A stretch of DNA of 64,000 nt from Trichosphaerium sp. ATCC 40318 (lineage: Eukaryota; Protista; Tubulinea): the NCBI GenBank assembly GCA_038496445.1, contig JALMLS010000343.1:62001-126000 (forward strand), given 5' to 3'. A model generated the notes under the pieces. That model saw nothing but the letters and a program-made list of their open reading frames with translations, was not told the DNA's origin and made no database searches. The translations under genes and the position numbers were made by a program. Below are positions 14,079 to 27,021 of the stretch, piece by piece (positions within the stretch are counted from its first letter, which is position 1; every line of letters starts with the position of its first letter).

Positions 14079-15536
14079 ATGACGTCGCTCCCACAACTAC
14101 CAGAACGTACTCAAGGAAAATGTGAAGTTCTTGTAGAAGAGTTAGCAACAGCGTAAACTACTCACGCACTCACGCGTAAATGCTGAACCCGCTATTAGAT
14201 CACCAGAGCTGTTGACACCCTTTCGCGAGCTCATTAGTACGTTTAGAAGCAACAATGTTGCTTTAGAGCTTTGGTGTAATGAGGTATGTAGACAAGTCCA
14301 GCTACTTGAGTTAACGCTACGTAGGTGTACGGTTTACTGGGTCCAAAGTACGTAGAACAAGCCTTGGATTACAAGTCATAAGTTTACAAGTTAACTTGCA
14401 GGCGGTTCAAAGAGCTACGGGATATCGTGGCCACCTCGTCCGAAGGTCCTGACCTCCCGTCTGCATTCACACTTCCAGAACCTGAGCTGCCTCCCCTCGT
14501 ACCAGCTCAACGTAACGATGCGATGCCACATCTCAAGCCCAGGTCTAGATTTCCTTCCCGACATGAACGCAAGGGAAGCCTCTTCATTCGCTTGGCAAAC
14601 ATTCTAACAGCTCCCTGCAGGTTGCACGGATTGAAAAATTTAAGAATGAAGTAACAACCGTCAAGCCAAAGATAAAGAAACGCAATACCAAGAGGCGGAA
14701 AACTACAGTTCGTAGCAGGTAAGTCTACCCCATCTACTATAAACCGACACTACTAGCCCCAACACATGGACCCCGAATGAGTCTACAAGACTCACACAAT
14801 TGGTTCTAGAGAGCGCAGAGAACGCTTCATGGATAGAGGTTTGCTAGTAGACAAGATTATGGCTAATTTTTCTTAGATAGCAGCACAGCTGGGAACTGGT
14901 AAAACTTCGGCCCAATGCAGCCAGCACTGGTACGCGTACATCCTATCAACTTTTATGAACAAGATAATAGGTCTCGTGTAAGCAATCCAAACATTAAAAA
15001 AGAAGCATGGGCGTATGGTACGGTTGCATCAACGATAACAATTCTATGCAAAATTAACTCTTACAATAGAAGAAGAACTACAACTCATGAATCTAAATGC
15101 ACTTCACGGAAACAAATGGGCTGCTATCTCTAGGTTCATAGACGGCAGAACAGGTATGCCAGCTAGAATTACACCTGAGCGATATAAGTCACTAATATAA
15201 ACAAGATATTCAATGTCGTCACCATTGCACAAAGATAATTAAAGGAAGACAAGTGCGTTTCTATAAACTATGTCTGCTTAGTGTTTATGATTGCTCATTT
15301 ATAGACTCCCTGGAGCGATGAAGAACATGATAATCTACGCATTCTTGTTGATTCAATGGGTACATATTAACAAGTAACTATGAATATACTAAGGCTTTTT
15401 ATTAGGTCAAGATTGGGACACTGTAGCTCAAAAATTTGCACAGTTGCACAGGAGACAGCGTACTGTAGTGCGCTGGCCTATCAACTTATGTAATCGATTT
15501 TCCGAGATGAGCGATGGTGATTCCGCAACGCTTTAG
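14079..15536 (+). CDS. Myb/SANT multi-repeat DNA-binding protein (about 3 repeats); 3' end uncertain
   Basis: TWTPNESTRL..WIEIAAQLGTGKTSAQCSQHW; KKEAW..EEELQLM..HGNKWAAISRFIDGRTDIQCR; PWSDEEHDNL..QDWDTVA. Confidence 0.8.
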
Positions 15537-15621
15537 TGGCATCAATTTGTACTTTTTAAGTGCAATAAACATTATGTAAAAATGAATTGAGTTTGCTTGG
15601 GTTTATGATTTTTTTGTTAAT

Positions 15622-16763
15622 TTATTCCTCTTTTTCTTTCTCTTTTTCTTCTTCTAAAATCCTGTGCTTCTTTGCCTTTTCTTCGATGGAATCCCAGTAC
15701 AGTTTTAAGTCTTTTTCATGTCTTGCTTTGTTCATTTGTCTCTCCTTTAATACCGCCTTTAGTCCCTTATCTAGTTCAACGTCTTCACTGTGTAGTTCAG
15801 GTACAACATGTACATGACGATAATCTATCATTTGTTGTACGAACGAAGGTTTAAAATCAAGATCTTCAAATTGTTCTCCCAGTTTAAATTCAAGTCCGTC
15901 TTTAGGCTCAACGATTATTTTTGATTGTCCCCTGCTTTGATATACGAGCTCTCTTCGTCTCCCATCCATGTTGTTGATAGTATGCCTTTGTACTTTATCC
16001 AGGAAGAGATATTTTATTAGTGCAAATGTATTCGGTGTTTCTTTAAAACCACTTAAATGTTCAATAGCTGATAATGACGGTAGCTGTGCGATTTCGTATT
16101 TCCCTTCTGCAATTCGTTTATTGTTGCTATCTAGGGGATTGAAATGCCACCTACAGGCAATGAACGAAAGAGCAAGATAAAGTAGTGTAAATGACAGGTG
16201 TCAACGATGGAATACGTACTCAGATTCTTTGGCGTGCAAGTAGTCGTTTGCTGAGTTCGTTACTTCAGCAGGGTAGTGAAGATGATCTTTGAAATACTCA
16301 GCGACTGATTCTGAATTAAAATACATCTAATACAGTTCACAGTTAGGCATAAGCGCAAATTACGCTTAGACTGTACCTGAAAAGGAACGAGGAACGTTTT
16401 ATTATTCATGTCTGCCTCAAGTACTGTCCGTGGGCACTCGTGAATCTCTGCGCTCGTGGGAACGTCTCCACCGTATGCAGACAATGAAAACTCACTGTGT
16501 GGTCCGTACGTGGATTGTATGTGATTGTAAGCGCGAAATATCACTATTGCGCGCCCAGTTTTTGTCTTTGTGAGCGAAACTGAGTTATCTGGTTTGTTTA
16601 CACGTTGTACAAGTTCTTGCACCCTTGCACCATCTGCAGATCCATAGACAGTGAACCCAGATGTTCGTTCGACATTATACGCCCTAGGCGCTTTTTGGCC
16701 TTTTGAAAGCGTTACTTCGCCAAAAGCAGGGTGCTTAGAAATAATTGATGCTCGTTGGCCCAT
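15622..16763 (-). CDS. Uncharacterised protein, possibly acetoacetate-decarboxylase-like fold; predicted N-myristoylation (MGQRAS)
   Basis: Three in-frame exons; GRAIVIFRAYNHIQSTYGPHSEFSLS resembles the ADC-family YGPYxE motif. Confidence 0.5.
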
Positions 16764-16854
16764 AAGCTCAGCGAGCAGTTCAAAAATACGCAATTTCAAA
16801 CTGTCCAAAGTCAAGTTCCTTAAACATTGATTGTTAACGTAACTTGATGACCTA

Positions 16855-19100
16855 ATGTCGTTCCCTTATTACACAAACCCTCCTCAACACAACACAATTC
16901 AGGCTGTCGTTGATAATTTAATATTTCATGTCGTAGCACGTTATATTGAACCTAATAGAGTGCGAACAGATGTCCTACACGCTCTGTCGCACCTGCAAGG
17001 GTATTTGAGACCGGAAGCTGGTAGTATACGTACGTTTAATGATTTAGCCATGTCAGCATTATCAAACCAACCTGCAATTTCTGTTTGGTGACTATTTTCA
17101 ACCAATGAAATACTTGCTGACAATAAACGCTCCTAGGTCTCGGTAACGCCACGTTTAACCTCGTTAAAATAGCTGGGACCATACCAGCCAATTTCAGAGG
17201 CAGTAATTATAATGTTCCAATAGCCATGTACCTACCTCTCGGTTATCCGCAACAACGCCCTATTGTATATGTAACACCAACGCCACGTACGTATTTAATT
17301 TCCGCGGTGAATCAAATATTTGGGAGGTGTCACCCAAATATGCGAACACAAAGCACTAAAGATGAATCTAACACTCCCCTAGAAATGAGAATAAAACAAA
17401 ACCATCCACATGTAGACAGCAGCGGTGTTGTATATCTTCCTTACTTGTCGTCGTGGCACAAGCAATGTAATATTATTGGTATCTCTAACGCGTTAAAGCG
17501 CGTTTTTAGCAAAGATCCAGCAGTTAGGTGAGTCAGCAAGAATTTTCTCTTGATTCCAAAAAAAAAGAAAAGATTTTTGTTGTTTACGCTTTTATGGCAT
17601 TGTCTTACTTCTTTGTTAGGGCTAAACCCGGTACTTCTGTTCCTTATCCTCTTGCAACATCAACTCAAACAAATGGTTATGCTCAGACAACGTACGTTAT
17701 TTTATGATATTTTTGAGAAAAATTACAAGTTACTCTTTTCACTGTGGTATCACGTGATAATTTCACGAGTGCAATGACAAATTGATTTTTTTAATATGCC
17801 GTAAAGCACGTTTGTATTGTTATTATAACAGTAAAACCTCAGCAACGCTAAAATGGGTTTTTTGCGATTTACTAAAAACACTGTAGGGCGAATTCAGCAG
17901 TACCTCATCCACGTTATAATAGTTTCCCAAACCATTCAACAAGCGCTCCTATGAGTACAGGCGTACCACAAAACACGTTCAATAGCGCTCAATATGCTCG
18001 TGGTGCTGTATCATCGCCTCAATTACCAGTGTATCCTTCTAGTCACCCTGGTCAAACACCAACTCAAAATCCAAATGTTCAAAACGCTACACATAACCAC
18101 ACACCTATCCGAACAATGCCAACACAACCACATATGCCAACACAACAAACCATACCACAACCAGCACCGCAACCCCAATTAGCGCCAACATTCTCTCAAC
18201 CAACACTAACGCCTCAGGTAATGATAGTAACAAAATTCAAATTGTATTGACCTTTGTTGTAGGTTGTTGAGGACCCTGCTAAGGCTAGAGAACGTACTTT
18301 ACGACATGCTCTTGATATGAAAATAGAAGAGCGACTTAAAGACTTCCAGAACAATATAGGTGACTCTGTTGAGAAAGGTTTTAGTGAATCGAAAGATTAT
18401 GAACACGCTCAGCAACTCTATGGTGAAGAAAAAAATAAGATTTTAAATTCAATTGTACGTTTTCAGTTTCCGGAAGATAATTTTCAATTTGTTTACCTTT
18501 CGTACCATAAAAATGCCGTGTATCCTATACCATGGATTTTTGATGGAAGTGTTTTCGTAGACAGCAAGAAAATGAAAAATATTTTTGAACTTTTTTTCTT
18601 CATTTAAAACAAGTGCTGATGATAAAAAAGGAAAATTTGGATTCCAAGATGGAGCAACTACAAAAACAGATTGTAGAATCTCGTGCTTGGATTGAACAGA
18701 ATGATAAAAATTTAGATGATGTAGACATAGATGAAGTAACAAACCCAGAACAACCATTAAAACGACAGTACGATCCGATTTGTGAAAAAAAAAAGTACAT
18801 TAACATTAATACTAGGTACTATGAGTTGATGGCCGAAGATCTTGCTATAGATGATACACAATACGAGCTAAAGGTAGCGTGGAAGGATGGTAATCTTAAA
18901 ACGGATACCTTTGTAAAGGTAAGACTGCAAACGATTTTTTTGTGGCTCATCTTGCTTTCAATTGTTTTTTTTTTTTGGTTTCTTTTGTGTCTTCTTAACC
19001 CTTTATCTGTGTATAGTTGTATTCTAAGTTGTCTCGTGATCAGTTTTATAAGCGAGCTCTCATACAAAAAATAAAAAGCCAGGCTGGACCGTTCTTGTGA
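16855..19100 (+). CDS. TSG101: ESCRT-I subunit TSG101/Vps23
   Basis: UEV domain (GTIPANFRGSNYNVPIAMYLPLGYPQQRPIVYVTPT, NHPHVDSSGVVYLPYL), Pro/Gln-rich linker, coiled coil, steadiness box (AEDLAIDDT..LSRDQFYKRALIQK). Confidence 0.93.
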
Positions 19101-19262
19101 AAAAACCATAAAATGTAAACATTGTAAAATAAATACAAAAAAAAACCACCACCTGCTGGATATCCTAGATCATCAAGGCGAGTAATATGAATTGCATGAG
19201 CGAACTCTGAGGCACAACAAAGCTACATAGTCTGGCTTTTACCTCAGAGGATAATGAGGTAC

Positions 19263-21839
19263 TCAATTAAAATGATTGTCATCAATAATCAGATTGGTCT
19301 CAACATTTTGATCGGGTGTGTTGCCAATAAAAGAGCTTCCTGAACTCCCTTCAAAAACTGAATCTGATATACTTGAAGTATTGGTGCCATACAGATGATT
19401 GTCCAAGCATCTATCAAAAACTCCACTATCGCAATGAATTTAGATTCAGAAACTGTTAATTTGTTCACATGAGCGACAAAGTATTGCGAGCCTTAAACAC
19501 GTAATCCTAGATCAGGTTTACAGAATCAGTTATTGTTAAACTTGTTGAGCCAGGGAACACAAATAGACCATATGCACAAAGCCCTATAGTCACATGAGAA
19601 ATGAAACCACAAAGAAAGTTGATTGTTTTGAAAAAAGCGAAACTTCATTTAAATGGACATTCTCCACACTGCCGTATCTTGTGAAAAAATATCCAACGAG
19701 AGATCAGGATTTGTTGTTCCTTTCAAAGTGAAGTTCGCTGTGTACCGATCGCGTAACTCTCAACAAGTTATTAGAAATCAGTAATGAGGTGTTAGACATT
19801 TTTACTTCATACAATATTTATTGATAGGTACGTTAGAACATGGATAAAAATTGGTCAAGAGGCTCTCTTCAGAAAATATTAAACATTTCACGCAACTCTT
19901 TTGCCTCCCCGGAAGTTGCTTCGCCACTTGTCTCAAGCTCTCTTATTATATCATCTATATCTACATTATCATCTTCACCTTCTCGACTATATACAACAGA
20001 TAAAGGGCTGACTTGGTCAGCATATTTACTATGATATGCTCCATTTGTGGGCATTGAATCTCTTCCATTTTCTTTAAGCGACATGCTGCTAAATCTACCG
20101 TTTAAACTCTCTATCACAGAGTCACCAGGCGCGCCATTGGGCGGCGATATCCCAGAGCTACTTGGTGGAGACCTGTACAGTAAAATGAGTAACGTTTACA
20201 GAAGCTCTGAAAAGAAAACAATCAAAGTTGCCACGCACCTTTTTAAATCCATAAACTTTTGTTTACCACCTTTCTTTAACAGATCAAGTGCATTCCTTGC
20301 AGCTGATTGCCTTGCTTTCTTCTTTGTGCTCTTCCAATCACCCATAAACTCTTTTGTTCTTACTGTTACCTTAAACTTGAATACTGGAGCATGTTCAGGT
20401 CCTGCACGACCTAGTTGTTGATATGTAAGTGGCACAAGTCGCCATTCTTGACAAAGTTCATTCAACTCCGAAACCGCAGTATGAGAAGAAGAAACTCTGT
20501 ACCCAGTTTCTCCTTGGCTAAGTGTCGGTGTATATGAGGGTGAAACAGGTATCGTAGAAGAGTTCATATGCGTTCTTGGCGATTGCGGAGGTGTTGTGTA
20601 ACCGATAGCTCTTTTGGGAGGCGAAGAAGCCTAAACGCAGTTAAAATAAAACCACACCGTTACTACAATGCGTGTTAATGCACTAACATACGTTTCCGTC
20701 CGACTTAATAGCATACTCTAAGATCTTCTTTGCAACATCCTAAAAACCATGTAAGCCTTACTGAGAGCATAGAAAAACATTAAAACAAAGAAAGTTCTCT
20801 GAGAGAAAAGTAGAAAAAAATAAATCAACAACATGTCTAAATTGTGTTTAAGTACCTGGTTAGCGGCCTTTCTCCTAGTAGAAGCGTATGATGAGAATGT
20901 TTGTCCATCGTACGTTGCAACAGCTCTATATTTCGGTGGTCCTCGAGTAACAGCTAGAAATCAATATAAGACATTGCGTTGTGTACGTTACAGTAGCATT
21001 AAAATGTCTTAAGCACAATTTTTGACCAAAGCAGTGCATCTCGTCAAAAAAAGACAAGGACGCTTTTTTTGTTGTTGATGATGATCGTATCGGATACTCA
21101 CGCGATGGTACAATCTCTATTCGTGGTATAGTTTTATCATAACGCTGGAAATACTCAGTCAGCATTGTCATTGGAGTTTTTTGACTTGGGCTGCGCGAGC
21201 CATTTGATCTTGAAGTGGATCTCGCTATTTTACCACCTTGTAGTGCCAAGGCTATTGTCTGATAAGCGCGCTTAGCTACTTGTTGCTCTGCAGCCTTTAA
21301 TTTGTAAGATGTTTGTCTAGTGTTGAGGATCTTTGAAGAGATTGATTTTTACAAAACAAGAGAAAGGAAAGAAGAAATAGGTGATGCCTGGCTAGCTTTT
21401 GATTTGTAAGTGTATCTCTGAGAGGTATTTTGGCGGTGTGTTTCTTTCAATAAATGAGAAAAAAGAGTGTCTCACAAAATTTGTGGTTTTTGTTGATCAA
21501 GCTTATACACTACGCGGTTTTTGATGTACCTTTTTCGTTTTTTCGCCTTGTTGGGAGTTGTAAACTGTATTATTACAATACACTGTTGCAAAGAACGTTT
21601 GGATGTGCGGAGGTCCTGTCGACGAGGTTTTATAGCTGGTGGTGTAATATTAGCACCAATAACACATTTATGCGAAGAACAGCGTGGCGCGCTTTTTAAA
21701 AGGCTCGACGGTTTTGTATAACGGCGTAAAAGCTCCATAAAAAGGCTACAGCATCATTTTTTTTCTGTAATTCGTACGTTGGCGGATCCCATCGCTTTTT
21801 CATGCATAATTCGTTCAGCCTGCCCTTCCACGATGTCAT
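19263..21839 (-). CDS. Triple double-stranded-RNA-binding-domain protein with a C-terminal NTF2/SnoaL-like region
   Basis: dsRBD1 WKGRLNELCMKKRWDPPTY..GPPHIQTF..KTKKAAEQQVA; dsRBD2 TPMTMLTEYFQ..TRRKAANQDVA; dsRBD3 AVSELNELCQ..GPEHAPVF..STKKKARQSAA. Confidence 0.85.
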
Positions 21840-22278
21840 TTGGCTAATGTACCCCTCCTCCGATATTGTTGAATGATAAATGTACGAAACGAGACCGCGT
21901 TTGATTTCTTGTACACATTTTCAATTGTTGGTGGCTGTTGTTGCCGTACGTTTGTACTTTAGTTATCATTTGACACGTCAACAAAGACAAAAAAAAAACC
22001 ACAATTCTTGTTCAGTGTATAAATTTTGATGAAAGCCAACTTCACTTTATCATCACCGCCTGTACCGCTGTAGAAGGTACTTAACAACGCTTCGAAACTA
22101 TCTCTCAGAGGTAATTGAATAATACCAAATTTGTTTGCAGCGTCAGGCGTCAGATTGAGACAAAATCATTTACTGGATATTTCGCTTATTAGTACTTTTT
22201 CTGTAACTTTATTCTGCAAGTCTATTCTAGTACAATTAATTTCTATGTATCAACAACGTATTTTTAAAACTACAGTGA

Positions 22279-24809
22279 TTAACTATCAAAAATAGATGTG
22301 TGAGGCAGGAACAACTCATCTGGTATGTTCAAAAAATCTTCATGGTACGTGTCATCACTGACGTCACCTCCCACATCCTTCGTTTGATCAAAATCTTCAT
22401 CTTGCATAAGAAATAGCTTCAATAAACTACTTTTATCATACTGCAATCCATGGAAATCAGCTGCATCCATCAACGACCTACCAATATGTCAAAACTTCCT
22501 CACTCGCCACCTTTGTAAAAAATTGAATATACAAACCTCAATAGTCTGCTGCAAGGCCCGAGAGGAAATTTATTGTACATGTACACCATCACCTAAAAAG
22601 TTCCCAGTAAGTTTCAACTACAATAAAATTTATAGAACATGTAAAACAAATTACCTCTTTCACGAATTGTGCATCTCCTCCATGTATTGAAATGAACGCA
22701 ATGTCGTGTACAACATGCATGTGTGCAGGGCATATCTGTGGATACACACAATAATCATAGAATAACTGCCTTGCGCGCTATAAAAATAATCAAAAAAACA
22801 TTTGGCGAACGTAAAAACAATGTTACTAACCTTTACCGCTTCATTTACATGGCCTCCTGCAAAGTATACAATAGCATATAAACTAGAAGAGACGGTGCTA
22901 TAGCTCAACCAGAACTCAGGGTGTAAACTTTGGTCAATACTTGATGTTAAATTCTTAACTAAAGCCAGATCATAAAGAAACTGCGCGCATTCATCTTGTG
23001 ACTTACAAAAAAAATCAAAAGAAATTTCTTTTTCTGATTTTCAACGTACAATCTTGTGGAGGCGAAACCCATTTTCAGTATCTTTCGAAATCGTCATCCA
23101 AATCTAAACAACACAATAAGTTAGTCACGTATTAACTAACTGGGCGTGAACAAAAAACTGAGAACGTGCCACCAAACAATGTTCTAGTCTTGGCAGGCGA
23201 CACCTACGCACCAAGGCCGTTACTTATTCTTAGAGCTCCCAAAATAATAATATCTACTTTGGTTACATCAAAAACCCACAACTACTAAGTCACACCTGCG
23301 AGATTACAAAAAACAGCAGCGAGGCGCTTTACTTGCCGTTTTTAGTGTTTTTCTTTGGTAAGGTCGAGTTGAAAATTACAAATTTAGATATTATTTTTGG
23401 GAGCTCTAAGAATAAGTAACGGCCTTGGTGCGTAGGTGTCGCTTGCCAAGACTAGGACATTGTTTGGTGGACACGTTCTTAGTCTTCCAGTCATTCTTAC
23501 CTTTCCTAAAGTGCACCACATGGCCTGCATCCTAATAGCCAAAGATGCTTTCATAGGATTCTCTAAAATAGATCTGAGCTCATCTTTTACCAACAACAGC
23601 TTCTGTAGCTCGCTCTCCCTAACCATTCATCAATTCTTTATTCCTTAATGTTAGTAACTCTTACCTGTTTGTAAAGATACGATATGTAAATAGCCTACAT
23701 TGTCGTTCTACAGTATGCAAATAGTCCAATGATTTATACAAGGGGTCTTTAACAAGTTCACAAAGCATGTCTAGTATGTATTAGTGTCATTGCATTAAAG
23801 AACCTTTAACAGTAATAAAACTACAGCCTCGTGATGTTAACGTACTACATCCTTTCTTAGTGTGATCAGAAATACTGTCTACTCCTTCAAAGAATCCAGA
23901 CGCTTTGCCCAAAAGAACTAAGCCGGCTTTCAAAATGTTAGCGGGACGGCTTTTTATAATAAAATACAAAGAACTTACTGGCGACACTAGGATGTGAGGT
24001 GTCTTCCAAGTTTTTAGCCAATTGTTCACACACTTCGTACAACTTCATTGATGCTTCTACGTGTGTATCTTGGGCACCAATTGCAAGTATAAGAAGAACT
24101 TCAAAGACTTGAGGTTCACCTGACCAGCCTGAAATTGTAAGGAGGCCACAGATTTCTACCGCGACGTACTAGGACAAGTTTCAAACAGCTCGCCAACAAT
24201 TGTTGAGTTCCAGTGACGTACAGGTACAGCCTAGATTATATCAGAATCGAAAAAAAACTGTTTGTGACTCAACAATAAATAGCAGGACAGTGCGTACATA
24301 GCGTGGGTAATATTTTCTCTGATACGCGCCCAGCCATATTGTAAGACAGGCTGTAACGTTTAAATCAGCGCACAGTTGTAGTAATTTTGTCTTGGATAGT
24401 GTCAGATAATAAAAAAAAGTTGGAAGAAAATAAAAACAACTAGTTGTTAGTTCTAAAAATTTTGACAACTTGATACCTGGTTGCTCTGGGTGCTCTTAGA
24501 ATACATTCTACGCCAATGAGCTAGTTCACGTGCTTGCAAAGCCAATTGCTCTTTTAATTTCTGTACCGTTGTTGGGCTCCCTTGGGTTGTAAATTTACGA
24601 AGAACAGGTTACGCACCTTTGGCTGGGCCTCTTTTCTTTTGTGTTGGGTAAACACACTCTATGTTCCTTTGCGAACAACGTGTACATGGTGATTCTTGAC
24701 TGCATTTCGTGTGACTATTACGACAAGCAATACAAGCGCGGCTGCTTCTTATTCGTTTTCTAGACGTGGTAGAAACGCGTCGTTTTTTGCAGGGTGGCGA
24801 CGAGGCCAT
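22279..24809 (-). CDS. Zn(II)2Cys6 (GAL4-type) binuclear cluster transcription factor
   Basis: RACIACRNSHTKCSQESPCTRCSQRNIECVYP..KKRGP followed by multiple helical exons. Confidence 0.85.
23157..23483. repeat. Long inverted repeat (~100-bp arms, 128-nt loop) inside intron 23104-23500
   Basis: 23157-23256 is the reverse complement of 23385-23483, with 3 transitions and 2 small indels; 48-bp perfect core. Confidence 0.95.
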
Positions 24810-24940
24810 AAGAGCGAACTATAAACCACTCAATGTTTTATCCGGACTTGCCCATCGAAATGGCAATTCATGAAAGAAACTCGCGTTGACTTTTTACAAA
24901 ACGAGTAGTTTCAGCCATTTACGCCTGATTACGCCAAACA

Positions 24941-26360
24941 ATGTCCAAAAAACCTCGACTAGCTCTTATAGGTACCGGTTGGGCAGTGCGGGTACGGAGC
25001 TGCATAATTGTACTCTAACGTCTTTCAGGTACAACTACCAAGTTTTAGAGCAGCTGGGTGGGATGTAACGGTGCTGTGGGCGAGAACAGAAGAAAAAGCA
25101 AAAGCTTACGCAGCTCAATACAACATACCTTTTGGTACCTCTAGCTACGATGAAGTACTAGCTAACAATACCTACGACCTCGTGAGCGGAGCTTTTTCAA
25201 AAAGCCTTTATCATTTTATCTACAAAGCGCACGTGTGGCTATTAATATCTTTTTAATAGATATCTATCGTTACTCCTCCAGTAACACACGCTGAGTGGGC
25301 AATAAAGGCACTCGAAAAAGGGAAGAACGTACTGTGCGACAAGCCAACCAGCTTAAACGCTCAAGAATCTCGTGAGATGCTCAAAGCTGCCAAAAAATAT
25401 CCTAACCAGCTGTCACTAATTGATCACGAACTCAGGTAGCGTGATAACTCATAGTTGTTCAATAACATTTGTAGATTCTTACCATCAATTCAACGCGCAC
25501 GTGAGTGGATTAAAACAGGTGCGATTGGTGATATACGTCTTCTTAGAGGCACCACTCAATCTCCACAATCTAGAAAGACACGACATGATTGGTGGTGCGT
25601 TTGGTTAGGTCCTAAAACTCTGCTAAGTGTTGTTTAGGTACAATAAAGACACAGCTGGAGGGATGCTCACCACTACTGGATGCCACGTTCTCGATATTTT
25701 GAGTTTTATGACAGGGTTTACAGAGGTAACATCTGTTAAAGGTTTAACAACACCAGTTTGGGATGATGTTCCTGCTTTCGAAGATAAACCAGCCATTCGC
25801 ATCTCTGCTGATTTATTTACATCAGTACACCTCACGTTTGGACCTCAAGGCGTACCAGGTAGGCAAACATTACGAAGTTTATGTTGATACGATAAAGGTG
25901 TAATTCAAATGTCTATTGAAAATTATGAAGAAAGAAAATTTGAATATAAAATCACGGGTACCAAAGGAGCCGTATATTGGAGTTATAAATCGGGAACATG
26001 TAAAGTTATACTATATAAGAGAAGTGGAGAAAAGATTGACGAATACACAGAAAGTCTTACCCATGACGGTACATAGATTGGGCGTAATCTTTGTTTTTAA
26101 TTTGAAAAAGGCATTACTTTTAATCGCACGTGGGATCTTGCTGCTTACCTGCTTGGCAAAAAAATCAAAGAAGGTACTCCCTCTGACGTATTTGATATTA
26201 TATCATACTCACTCTTCCAGTAATGGTTGATGGTAAGGCAAAAAATAGCGACATTCCTGATGCCGCCGATTTTGCTCAAGGTCACTTCATTCAAACTTTG
26301 TTGGATTCTGCACGCCATACTGGAGATACAAATAGCGTTTGGAAGGCACAAAACGTCTAG
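24941..26360 (+). CDS. Gfo/Idh/MocA family NAD(P)-dependent oxidoreductase
   Basis: LALIGTGWA, SIVTPPVTHAEW..GKNVLCDKP, IDHELRFLP, GGMLTTTGCHVLD. Confidence 0.9.
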
Positions 26361-27021
26361 ATACGATGAATAAAAAAATAAAATGCCTGTGAACGAAAAA
26401 AAAATAAAAATCGCTTACTGTAGCTTCTGTTTGGCCTATCGCAGTTTACAGCAGCCATGCGTATTCAAACTTACCTTCTTAGAGGTGGTACACTGCAATT
26501 GGTACTAGAAGTGCTCAATAGTGACCTAACCCGAATAAAGAAAAAAGGGAAGCAGTACTTGCTAATTTTAGTTTTTTTGTTTGTACGGTTGGTCAATTTT
26601 TATCTGAGTCGACCAAATAACTGTTTTAGCAAGCGTAATTAACGAATTGGCTACTAAAAATCCTAACCTGGTACATGTTGGACTAGTGGTGATAAGGGAG
26701 AACAAATAAGAATTGCGGTGTTGGATAGTTTAAAATTCCTCTACGCGTCTCATGAGTTCTATTCGCAAGAGGGTGCGTATTTATTGTACTAAAACTTTAT
26801 TTTAAAGGTTTTGGTTTTTTTTCGATTTACTTCATTATCTCGCGACATCATACTGCAATTATGCACTAATTCCGCTCTCATTGGTTTTAATATAAATTAT
26901 ACTTTTGGTTTCATTGCGCCTCAAAGTCCGAAAAACTAATATTGTGTAGTTGTCTCTAGGCAGTAGGGTACACGATGAGGTACGCACGAACATTATCAAA
27001 CAAACCTCTGACTTGCATTAG

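Noticed and set aside
22010-22058. Box C/D-like GTGATGA...CTGA on the minus strand
   Set aside because: Only about 47 nt with no terminal stem or recognisable guide
23384-23500. ORF extension through the inverted-repeat arm
   Set aside because: It lies past the GTAAGA donor at 23500, so it is intronic read-through
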